DNA from: Candidatus Gorgyraea atricola
GTDB lineage: Bacteria; Omnitrophota; Gorgyraeia; Gorgyraeales; Gorgyraeaceae
DNA: 64,000 nucleotides
Direction: 5' to 3'
NCBI GenBank assembly: GCA_030765235.1
Contig: JAVCCW010000010.1
Span: 30,907 to 94,906, forward strand
Of the stretch, positions 57,071-64,000 are shown in pieces; the first letter of the stretch is position 1; every line of letters starts with the position of its first letter. Below the pieces are notes generated by a model, which saw only the letters and a list, made by a program, of their open reading frames with translations, was not told the origin of the DNA and did not search any database. Position numbers and translations under genes: made by a program.

Positions 57071-58576
57071 TTAAAAAGCAACAGCTACTGAAGCTATGAC
57101 TTCTGTAGCTGTGTCGTTGTTAGTAGGGGTCGCGCTATCAAGAGAATTATCAAACGCAGCTCCTGGAATAAACCAACCAGTTGCAAGGCTCATGGTAACA
57201 TCTTCAGTGTAAGCATAATCTAAGACTATGTCTACCTCATCACCAAGATCCTTATCATCCTTTACATAATACGCGGCGCTGCTTCCACCGTTTAAGGTCC
57301 TAGCATTACTAGCACCAACAGCATTGGTTGAATACCACGCCTCAGCCAATCTGAAGTTGTAATAATCCACAGATACAGTAAGGTCCTCTATAGGCTCTGC
57401 GCTGGCACCAACACATATTGTACGGCCATTTGAATCAACGCCATCATTAAGGCCGTCAAATATTCGGTTTGCGATCATGCCGTGGGTCTGATCTTCGAAC
57501 ATCGGATCCCATGCATTAACTTCTGTTACTGTGGTTGAGAAATCATCATCTGTAGTTGCGCCATCACTGGTCTGTCCAGAACGATAGGCATAAGCTGTTC
57601 TCAAAGATAGCCCTGGCAAAAAGCTAACGCTGTCACTCAAGCCATCGTATGCTAATGCAAGATCAAGTGCCCATGCATCACGATCAATTATCCTGTCAGG
57701 TGTGGTGCTTTGTATATCTAGATAATCACCTCTCTGAATAGCAACTTCGCCACTCAACAGCAAACCATCTACTGGCGCTAAGTTACCGTTTACGCCAAAA
57801 ACATCGCATACATCTGCTCCGCCAACTTCAGTAGTGTTTATGACTCCCCTTCTGTCACGCCTTGAGAAAAAATAACCTTCAACAGCTGCATTGTACTCAT
57901 TATCAAAATCATAAGCTACATTGACACCCCAAAGATCCATATCATCTCTTGGCTGAGCAGTACCAGCTGTGGTTGCTACGAGTTGGACTTGTGCATCAAT
58001 CTTTGAATAAATGAGGTCCACTACTATTGGGCTGTAATCCAATGTTGCCCTTATTGCGTCAAACGCCTTAATGGTACTTAAGTCATCTGCGGCGAGTCTA
58101 GCAACTCCCTCTGAATCATTAGTAGTCGGATCGCCAACAACTAAGGCATTACCGAATAGTAGATTTTGTCTACCAATCGTAACTGTTAAAGGAGAATAAA
58201 AACATTCCTTTAATGTCACGTATGCCAGATCAAGATCGATGTCTGTTCTTGCGCCATCGCTAACGTTACCTGAATCTATGGCATCCGCATATTCCTCATC
58301 CCAATCTCTCTCATTTACTACTCTTACAGTTGTTGATACATTGTCTGTAAGATCCGCATCTATTCTGACTCTGGTAGTGGTCATAAACCATACGTCATTG
58401 TCTTTAACGCTTGTTCCTTCTCCTGTATCGTCTGCCAAGAAATCATAGTCAGCACGATAGATCATCTTTGAATCGATATCGCCGCTTACTTTTACGTTCT
58501 GCACTTCTGCGAACGCAGGTGCTGCTAAGAAAGCAACAGCCGTAAGTACGATACATAGTGTCATTAACTTCTTCAT
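57071..58576 (-). CDS. Alginate-export-family outer-membrane beta-barrel
   Basis: Signal peptide AFA-EVQNVKVSG, DLAYV, IGRQ, FDA, LGDEVD, terminal F. Confidence 0.75.
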   Translation of the reverse strand: MKKLMTLCIVLTAVAFLAAPAFAEVQNVKVSGDIDSKMIYRADYDFLADDTGEGTSVKDNDVWFMTTTRVRIDADLTDNVSTTVRVVNERDWDEEYADAIDSGNVSDGARTDIDLDLAYVTLKECFYSPLTVTIGRQNLLFGNALVVGDPTTNDSEGVARLAADDLSTIKAFDAIRATLDYSPIVVDLIYSKIDAQVQLVATTAGTAQPRDDMDLWGVNVAYDFDNEYNAAVEGYFFSRRDRRGVINTTEVGGADVCDVFGVNGNLAPVDGLLLSGEVAIQRGDYLDIQSTTPDRIIDRDAWALDLALAYDGLSDSVSFLPGLSLRTAYAYRSGQTSDGATTDDDFSTTVTEVNAWDPMFEDQTHGMIANRIFDGLNDGVDSNGRTICVGASAEPIEDLTVSVDYYNFRLAEAWYSTNAVGASNARTLNGGSSAAYYVKDDKDLGDEVDIVLDYAYTEDVTMSLATGWFIPGAAFDNSLDSATPTNNDTATEVIASVAVAF

Positions 58577-58764
58577 TTAGTTTTCCTCCTTGGTTTAAAT
58601 CTAATTTATTGTATTTTTAGGATGAACCTAAAAATTATCCTACTTATATATAATATATCGCCTTTTAGTTGACTGCTTCCGGCTATTCGGTGTTCCCTCC
58701 TCTCTCTGCCTGATTAAAGCGGTCTATAGCGGTATATTCACACTTTCCTATTTATTAAGAAAAG

Positions 58765-58793
58765 AGTATACCTTATATATATAATAATGTCAA
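58765..58793 (-). promoter_or_regulatory. Consensus sigma-70 promoter, long 5' UTR
   Basis: TTGACA-17 nt-TATACT. Confidence 0.75.
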
Positions 58794-58799
58794 GGGTAT

Positions 58800-59261
58800 T
58801 TAATTATCCCTGATCTCGACCTTCATGGGCCTTGACTTGGGTGAAATGGCTATAATGAGGGTGCTTTTTCTGCCTTTTCCTTCAATAGTCACTATGCAGC
58901 TCTCCCCGCTCTTTTCGTAATTTAACATCCTTCGCTCGTATTCTATGATATTTATAGGGTTCCAGTTATACATGGGCATCTGCTGTTTGTAGAACGCTAC
59001 TACCTGGTCTGCTGTCTTTGATCCTGTGTATTTCAAGAGCGCGACCCTTGTCACATCATTCTGGAACGCGAATGATTCGGCATTGAGTACCTTGAAGCCT
59101 GTAGGCACAGGTACGTCTTCGAGTCGCAGCATTGCCGCGACATCTAAAGAAGTATCACCACTGCTTGAGTAAGAACTGCTTCCAGACATTGTGGTGCAAC
59201 CGGACAATACTATTAGGGACAAGAAACATGGGACAAGGAACAAGTATAATAGCTTCTTCAT
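58800..59261 (-). CDS. Hypothetical lipoprotein
   Basis: LSGC lipobox; LEDVPVP.GF, FYKQQMP..NW. Confidence 0.8.
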   Translation of the reverse strand: MKKLLYLFLVPCFLSLIVLSGCTTMSGSSSYSSSGDTSLDVAAMLRLEDVPVPTGFKVLNAESFAFQNDVTRVALLKYTGSKTADQVVAFYKQQMPMYNWNPINIIEYERRMLNYEKSGESCIVTIEGKGRKSTLIIAISPKSRPMKVEIRDN

Positions 59262-59296
59262 GATTACCTCCTCTTTTTATATTTCTATAAAGTTTA

Positions 59297-59962
59297 CTAC
59301 ACTAACTTCTTTATGTCAAGTAAGCGGCAGGCCAATCTTTCTGAGTTTGCGAAAATCCCTTTTGCCTCTTTTTGGTTAAGGCCTGCTGCGAGTAAAATAT
59401 TTTTTGCGAATTGTTTTGTGATCAAGTCTCCTGGTTGGTGTGAATCTGTGTTAATGACTAGCTTGGCGCCTGTTGCGCCAGCCATCTTCGCGACATGGCC
59501 ATTAGCCAATGAATGCCCTGAGCGCGATGTGATCTCAAGGTGTACGCCTTTAGCGCTGGCCAGCTTTGCATCTTCTAAAGATATTAGTCCGGGATGCGCC
59601 AAAATATCCGCGCCAGAAACTATCGCTTCTTTGTTTGTTCCAGGCATCACTGGTTCAACTAAACTCTCTCCATGCACCACTACGAGTTTGATTCCTTTGG
59701 AACGCACAAATTTAATAGCACCTTTGATCGATGCGATCGGCATGTGCGTTATCTCAACGCCAGGTATTGCCTTTATCTTCCAATGTTTATTTATATCCTT
59801 GCAAGCCTTTAAAATCGCATCGCAGATAAATTCAATATTAGACGCGCCCACATGATCAGTTATGCCAATAACCCTGTAGCCCTTATCCTCCGCCCGCCTC
59901 GCAAGCTCCGTAGGCAAAACCGCCCCATCACTCAACCAACTATGCGTATGCAAATCAATCAT
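59297..59962 (-). CDS. PHP-domain (histidinol-phosphatase-like) protein
   Basis: DLHTHS..SDG, ITDH, GVE, AHP, NTDSH. Confidence 0.9.
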   Translation of the reverse strand: MIDLHTHSWLSDGAVLPTELARRAEDKGYRVIGITDHVGASNIEFICDAILKACKDINKHWKIKAIPGVEITHMPIASIKGAIKFVRSKGIKLVVVHGESLVEPVMPGTNKEAIVSGADILAHPGLISLEDAKLASAKGVHLEITSRSGHSLANGHVAKMAGATGAKLVINTDSHQPGDLITKQFAKNILLAAGLNQKEAKGIFANSERLACRLLDIKKLV

Positions 59963-59987
59963 CGCTTACTCCTTTATATTATGGCTT

Positions 59988-60089
59988 GCCACCCGCCACT
60001 CACATATAGCGATTCTTCGTAGCATGTTATGGGTGGTTTACCACCCGAAGCATGCTTCGAAGATTCGCCCCATATGAGCGTAGGGTGGC
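59988..60089. repeat. ~100-bp imperfect hairpin abutting the tRNA 3' end
   Basis: GCCACCC..GGGTGGC ends; GCGATTCTTCGTAGCATG / CATGCTTCGAAGATTCGC; central GGGTGGTTTACCACCC. Confidence 0.75.
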
Positions 60090-60162
60090 GTCCCTAAGAG
60101 GATTCGAACCTCTGGCCCCAAGTTTAGGAAACTTGTGCTCTATCCATCTGAGCTATAGGGAC
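60086..60162 (-). tRNA. tRNA-Arg(CCT)
   Basis: GTCCCTATAGCTCAGATGGATAGAGCACAAGTTTCCTAAACTTGGGGCCAGAGGTTCGAATCCTCTTAGGGACGCCA; full cloverleaf with CCA. Confidence 0.97.
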
Positions 60163-60165
60163 ACA

Positions 60166-60324
60166 TTAGTACCAGCACAGGAATGCAACTTGCCTGCCCC
60201 GTTCCAAATTCTTAAAGGTCATCAAGTAATCTATAATAATTGGCCTCTACAAATTTACAAATAACTAATAACTTACCGCTCAGAATTTGGAATGGGGTGC
60301 TCTATCCATCTGAGCTACAGGGAC
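60166..60324 (-). pseudogene. tRNA-Arg-derived element with expanded anticodon arm
   Basis: First 28 nt match the tRNA-Arg 5' end at 27 positions; degenerate T-arm and acceptor 3' strand. Confidence 0.55.
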
Positions 60325-60349
60325 GTTCTTGCGTATATTACTGCAACTC

Positions 60350-60430
60350 TTGTGTAATGTTGAATGTGTAATGTGTAATGAACCAAGTTGCCCCAATTAC
60401 ATTACACTTTACACCTTACACATTACACAA
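60350..60430. repeat. Heptamer (TGTAATG)n inverted-repeat element, copy 1
   Basis: TGTGTAATG repeats facing CATTACACA repeats. Confidence 0.85.
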
Positions 60431-60432
60431 AC

Positions 60433-60948
60433 CTAGTACTTGACCATGGAATACACCGGAATATCCCCAAGCTTCGCACGGCCATTCAGGGCTGAGAGTT
60501 CTATTACAAAAACGATCTCTGCGATTTCGCCCTTTAGCTTTTTTACAAGATCTATTGCTGCTGATATTGTGCCGCCTGTTGCCAGGAGATCATCTATCAA
60601 CAAAACCTTTGAGCCTGGCTCAAGCGCATCCTCATGGATCTCCAGCGTGTCTTCTCCATACTCTAAAGAATATGTAGCGCTTAATGTCTTGTAGGGTAAT
60701 TTCCCCTTTTTTCTTATGACTGTCAATGCTGAGCCTAATTTATACGCCAGGGCGCTACCAAAGAGAAATCCCCTCGAATCAATAGCCACAACCGAATCGA
60801 TCTTCTTATCTTTATACCGCTCGTACAGGATATCTATCACTTCTCTAAATTTTTCCTTGTTACCCAAAAGAGTGGTGATGTCCCTAAAGAGGATTCCTTT
60901 CTTTGGGAAATCGGGTATATCGCGTATGAAACTTTTTAAACTTTCCAT
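60433..60948 (-). CDS. apt: Adenine phosphoribosyltransferase
   Basis: IPDFPKKGILFRDIT, SRGF, YSLEYG, IDDLLATGGT. Confidence 0.96.
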   Translation of the reverse strand: MESLKSFIRDIPDFPKKGILFRDITTLLGNKEKFREVIDILYERYKDKKIDSVVAIDSRGFLFGSALAYKLGSALTVIRKKGKLPYKTLSATYSLEYGEDTLEIHEDALEPGSKVLLIDDLLATGGTISAAIDLVKKLKGEIAEIVFVIELSALNGRAKLGDIPVYSMVKY

Positions 60949-60949
60949 G

Positions 60950-61771
60950 TTAGTACTCTCCTAACTCGCCGCTTTGTTGGATAATATATATTCTTAATTT
61001 TTCCAACGCAGCGCTTTCGATCTGCCTGACTCTTTCACGCGTTATGCCAAAGACCTTTGCTGCCTCGCCAAGCGTATGAGTAGTGCCGTCATTCAAACCA
61101 AAACGCAAACCCAGTATCTTCTTCTCTCTGTCATTCATGCGGCTCAACAGGCTCTCGACTCTTTCTCGGCGTAATTTTTCTGTTATGTTCTCCATAGGAG
61201 ATGTGCTTGTCTCATCCTGTATAAGATCCATGAACTGCCCTGTGCCATCATCACCGATAGGCGCGTCCAGCGAAGAGATCTTTGTGGCTATCTCACTTAT
61301 CTCTCTTACCTTTTTCATCGGAAGCCGCATCTTTTTTGCAACCTCTTTTACCTTGGGCCGCCTGCCGTATTTCTGGGTCAGCTGTTCAGTTATTCTTTTC
61401 CACCTGTTTATTATCTCTGTCATGTAAACAGGTATCCTTATTGTCTTGCCCTGATTCGCAATGGCACGCGTTATGTATTGCTTTATCCACCAAGCACCAT
61501 ATGTGCTGAACCTGTAACCTCTATGAGGGTTGAATTTTTTAACTGCCTTAATAAGGCCAAGATTTCCCTCCTCTATAAGGTCCATCATTGGAACACCCAG
61601 CTTTGAGTATCGCTTAGCAATATTAATCACGAGCCTCAAATTAGACTGGATCATTTTCCTGCGCGCCTTGGCATCGCCTCTCTTGACTTTACGCGCAACA
61701 GATTGTTCTCCTTCAGGAGTAAGAAGAGGTATATCCTTGATCGCCCTCAAATAAAGTTTTATTGCATCCAC
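60950..61771 (-). CDS. RpoD/RpoS-family sigma-70 factor lacking region 1.1
   Basis: GTG start after GAGAGG; NLRLVINIAKRY, DLIEEGNLGL, FSTYGAWWI, TRERVRQIE. Confidence 0.92.
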   Translation of the reverse strand: MDAIKLYLRAIKDIPLLTPEGEQSVARKVKRGDAKARRKMIQSNLRLVINIAKRYSKLGVPMMDLIEEGNLGLIKAVKKFNPHRGYRFSTYGAWWIKQYITRAIANQGKTIRIPVYMTEIINRWKRITEQLTQKYGRRPKVKEVAKKMRLPMKKVREISEIATKISSLDAPIGDDGTGQFMDLIQDETSTSPMENITEKLRRERVESLLSRMNDREKKILGLRFGLNDGTTHTLGEAAKVFGITRERVRQIESAALEKLRIYIIQQSGELGEY

Positions 61772-61796
61772 TGTGTACCTCTCTTGCTTTCGACGT

Positions 61797-61864
61797 TTGT
61801 GTAATGTGTAATGTTTAATGTGTAATGAAACCAAGCAACCCCAATTACCTTACACATTACACAA
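61797..61864. repeat. Heptamer (TGTAATG)n inverted-repeat element, copy 2
   Basis: Same arms and similar spacer as 60350-60430. Confidence 0.85.
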
Positions 61865-61870
61865 GATACG

Positions 61871-64000
61871 TTATTTCCCGTTAAGCAAGGCTGCTTGAGC
61901 AGCTGCTAGCCTTGCGATAGGCACCCTGTAAGGAGAACAGCTCACGTAGTTCATGCCAACGTTATGACAGAACTTAACTGATCTTGGCTCTCCGCCGTGC
62001 TCTCCGCAGATACCGATCTTGAGTTTCTTGCGAGCTTCTCTTCCGAGCTTGATGCCCATCTTAATAAGAGAACCTACGCCTTCCTGATCGACTGATTGAA
62101 AAGGATCCTCAGGCAAGATCTTTTTGTTTATATAGTCCGGCAAAAATACACCTGCGTCATCACGGCTGTAACCAAACGTCATCTGAGTCAGATCGTTTGT
62201 GCCGAATGAGAAGAACTCTGCCTTTTCAGCGATCTTATCAGCTATTAATGCCGCGCGCGGGATCTCTATCATCGTACCTACAAGATAATTTACTTTCTTT
62301 TTTGCCTTTTTAATTACTGCCTTGGCTGTTTCGCGGACAATAGGTTCAAGAAAATCAAACTCCGCCTTTGTCCCCACCAGAGGTATCATTATCTCGGGCA
62401 AGACTTTTATGCCTTTTTTTGCCATATTGCAGGCTGCCTCCATGATCGCCCTTGTCTGCATGACGCAGAGCTCAGGATATGTGACAGATAGCCTACATCC
62501 ACGATGACCCAGCATAGGATTCATCTCATGCAGGCTCTTAACAAGATCTTTTATCCTGGCAGGTGTTTGCTTTAATCTCCTTGCCATTTCCTTTATGCCT
62601 GACTCATTGTTCGGCAGGAATTCATGTAGCGGTGGATCCAGTAACCTTATAGTAACAGGCAATCCATCCATCTCCTTAAATATGCCCTCAAAATCCTTTC
62701 TCTGAAAAGGCAACAGTTTCTTAAGCGCCTTTTCCCTTGCCTCTTTGTCCTGGGCAAGAATAAACTCCCTGACAGCCCATATCCTTTCGCCTTCAAAAAA
62801 CATATGCTCTGTCCTGGTAAGGCCTATGCCTTCAGCGCCAAGCCTGCGCGCAGCCAGAGAATCCCTTGGTGTATCTGAATTCGTGCGCACATTTATCTTG
62901 CGATACTTATCAGCCCATTCCATGATCTGGTTGAACATTTTATAAATTTCGCTCTTCTTTGCTGAGGAGTTTTCTTCTACTACTCCTGCAATAACAGGAC
63001 TCGAGGAAACCTTGATATCTCCCAGCATGACTTCCCCAGTCGAACCATCCAGAGAAATAAAATCACCTTCCTTTATCGTCTTTCCAGCAACCCTTATCTC
63101 TTTCTTTGTATAATCAATATTTAACGCGCTGCATCCAGCTATACAGCATTTTCCCCAGCCCCTGGCAACAACAGCAGCATGAGAAGTCATGCCTCCAGTT
63201 GATGTCAATATCCCTACTGCGGCATGCATACCCGCGACATCTTCAGGAGATGTCTCGTGCCTGACCAGGATAACCTTTTTGCCTTTACTCTTCCATACTT
63301 CAGCATCCCTTGCAGTAAATACTACCTGGGCTGATGCTGCGCCAGGACCAGCAGGAAGGCCTTTAGCAACTACAGTAGCATTGGATTTTGCCTTGGGTTC
63401 AAATATAGGGAAAAGAAGCTGATTGAGCTGATCCCCCTCTATCCTCATAATGGCTTCTTTAGGGCTGATCATTTTTTCTTTTACCATGTCGTACGCTATC
63501 TTTACAGCTGCCAGGCCTGTACGTTTGCCAGTGCGCGTCTGCAGCATGTAAAGCGTGCCTTCCTGGATAGTGAATTCCACGTCCTGTATATCCTTATAAT
63601 GCCTCTCTAGCTTATACCTGATAGCATCGAGCTCTTTGTAAACTTTTGGCATTTCTTTTTTCAAGTCGCTGATTGGCTCTGGCGTCCTTATGCCAGCCAC
63701 GACGTCTTCGCCCTGCGCATTTATAAGAAACTCCCCGAAAAATTTATCCTCGCCAGTAGATGGGTTACGCGTAAAGGCAACGCCTGTGCCTGAAGTATTG
63801 CCCATGTTACCGAATACCATTGCCTGGACATTTACAGCTGTTCCGAAAAGTCCGGTGATCCTGTTGATCCTCCTGTAAACTACAGCCCTTTCTGTATTCC
63901 ATGATCCGAATACCGCCTTTACAGTAGCCATCAGCTGATCCTTGGCATTATTTGGAAAAGGTTTTTTGACATGTTTCTCATACACCTTTTTATATTCTCC
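61871..64000 (-). CDS. ppdK: Pyruvate phosphate dikinase (5' part beyond window)
   Basis: [53 protein letters not shown]. Confidence 0.97.
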   Translation of the reverse strand, partial: GEYKKVYEKHVKKPFPNNAKDQLMATVKAVFGSWNTERAVVYRRINRITGLFGTAVNVQAMVFGNMGNTSGTGVAFTRNPSTGEDKFFGEFLINAQGEDVVAGIRTPEPISDLKKEMPKVYKELDAIRYKLERHYKDIQDVEFTIQEGTLYMLQTRTGKRTGLAAVKIAYDMVKEKMISPKEAIMRIEGDQLNQLLFPIFEPKAKSNATVVAKGLPAGPGAASAQVVFTARDAEVWKSKGKKVILVRHETSPEDVAGMHAAVGILTSTGGMTSHAAVVARGWGKCCIAGCSALNIDYTKKEIRVAGKTIKEGDFISLDGSTGEVMLGDIKVSSSPVIAGVVEENSSAKKSEIYKMFNQIMEWADKYRKINVRTNSDTPRDSLAARRLGAEGIGLTRTEHMFFEGERIWAVREFILAQDKEAREKALKKLLPFQRKDFEGIFKEMDGLPVTIRLLDPPLHEFLPNNESGIKEMARRLKQTPARIKDLVKSLHEMNPMLGHRGCRLSVTYPELCVMQTRAIMEAACNMAKKGIKVLPEIMIPLVGTKAEFDFLEPIVRETAKAVIKKAKKKVNYLVGTMIEIPRAALIADKIAEKAEFFSFGTNDLTQMTFGYSRDDAGVFLPDYINKKILPEDPFQSVDQEGVGSLIKMGIKLGREARKKLKIGICGEHGGEPRSVKFCHNVGMNYVSCSPYRVPIARLAAAQAALLNGK

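Noticed and set aside
60086-60324. Intact prophage or ICE integrated at tRNA-Arg
   Set aside because: The duplicated 5' segment is only about 160 nt away and no integrase is present
61772-61834. N-terminal extension of the sigma factor (MVSLHIKHYTLH)
   Set aside because: Translates the heptamer repeat; GTG at 61771 has an RBS
397-63878. Numerous short + strand ORFs overlapping long minus-strand genes
   Set aside because: Shadow ORFs antisense to well-supported genes, with no motifs or RBS

Overview
64 kb of a bacterial chromosome with almost all genes on the minus strand. The gene content (MOMP-like and alginate-export barrels, PilT/U, many GT-C and radical SAM genes, nested palindromic repeats) suggests a PVC-group organism such as Omnitrophota; this is inference only. 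In order: aldolase/dehydrogenase cluster; AsmA, PilT/U and a chlamydial-MOMP-like barrel; a REC-GGDEF-MshEN diguanylate cyclase; a ~30 kb surface-glycan locus (rfbF/rfbG/rfbH, YerE-like and E1 alpha/beta ThDP enzymes, NeuB-cupin, five radical SAM enzymes, GtrA/GtrB-like, four GT-C proteins); csp, cysE, a hybrid kinase, patatin, FadB, LOG, M48; a UshA-Trx-CcdA fusion; a PKD protein; rlpA, phoH; tRNA-Arg(CCT); apt, a sigma-70 factor and ppdK (partial). The most interesting signals are non-coding or accessory. (1) A c-di-GMP-I riboswitch with its own consensus promoter points antisense into the cyclase gene and is bracketed by 12-bp inverted repeats. (2) An aptamer-less RNA with a similar promoter and the same closing stem lies upstream of fadB. 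(3) A second c-di-GMP-I aptamer is interrupted by palindromic modules. (4) Three ~265-280-bp covarying hairpin elements sit beside two AT-rich secreted proteins sharing a post-signal CLRVP motif. (5) A REP palindrome is inserted in frame in fadB. (6) A tRNA-like element has an expanded anticodon arm. All calls are from reading the sequence; no database searches were run.
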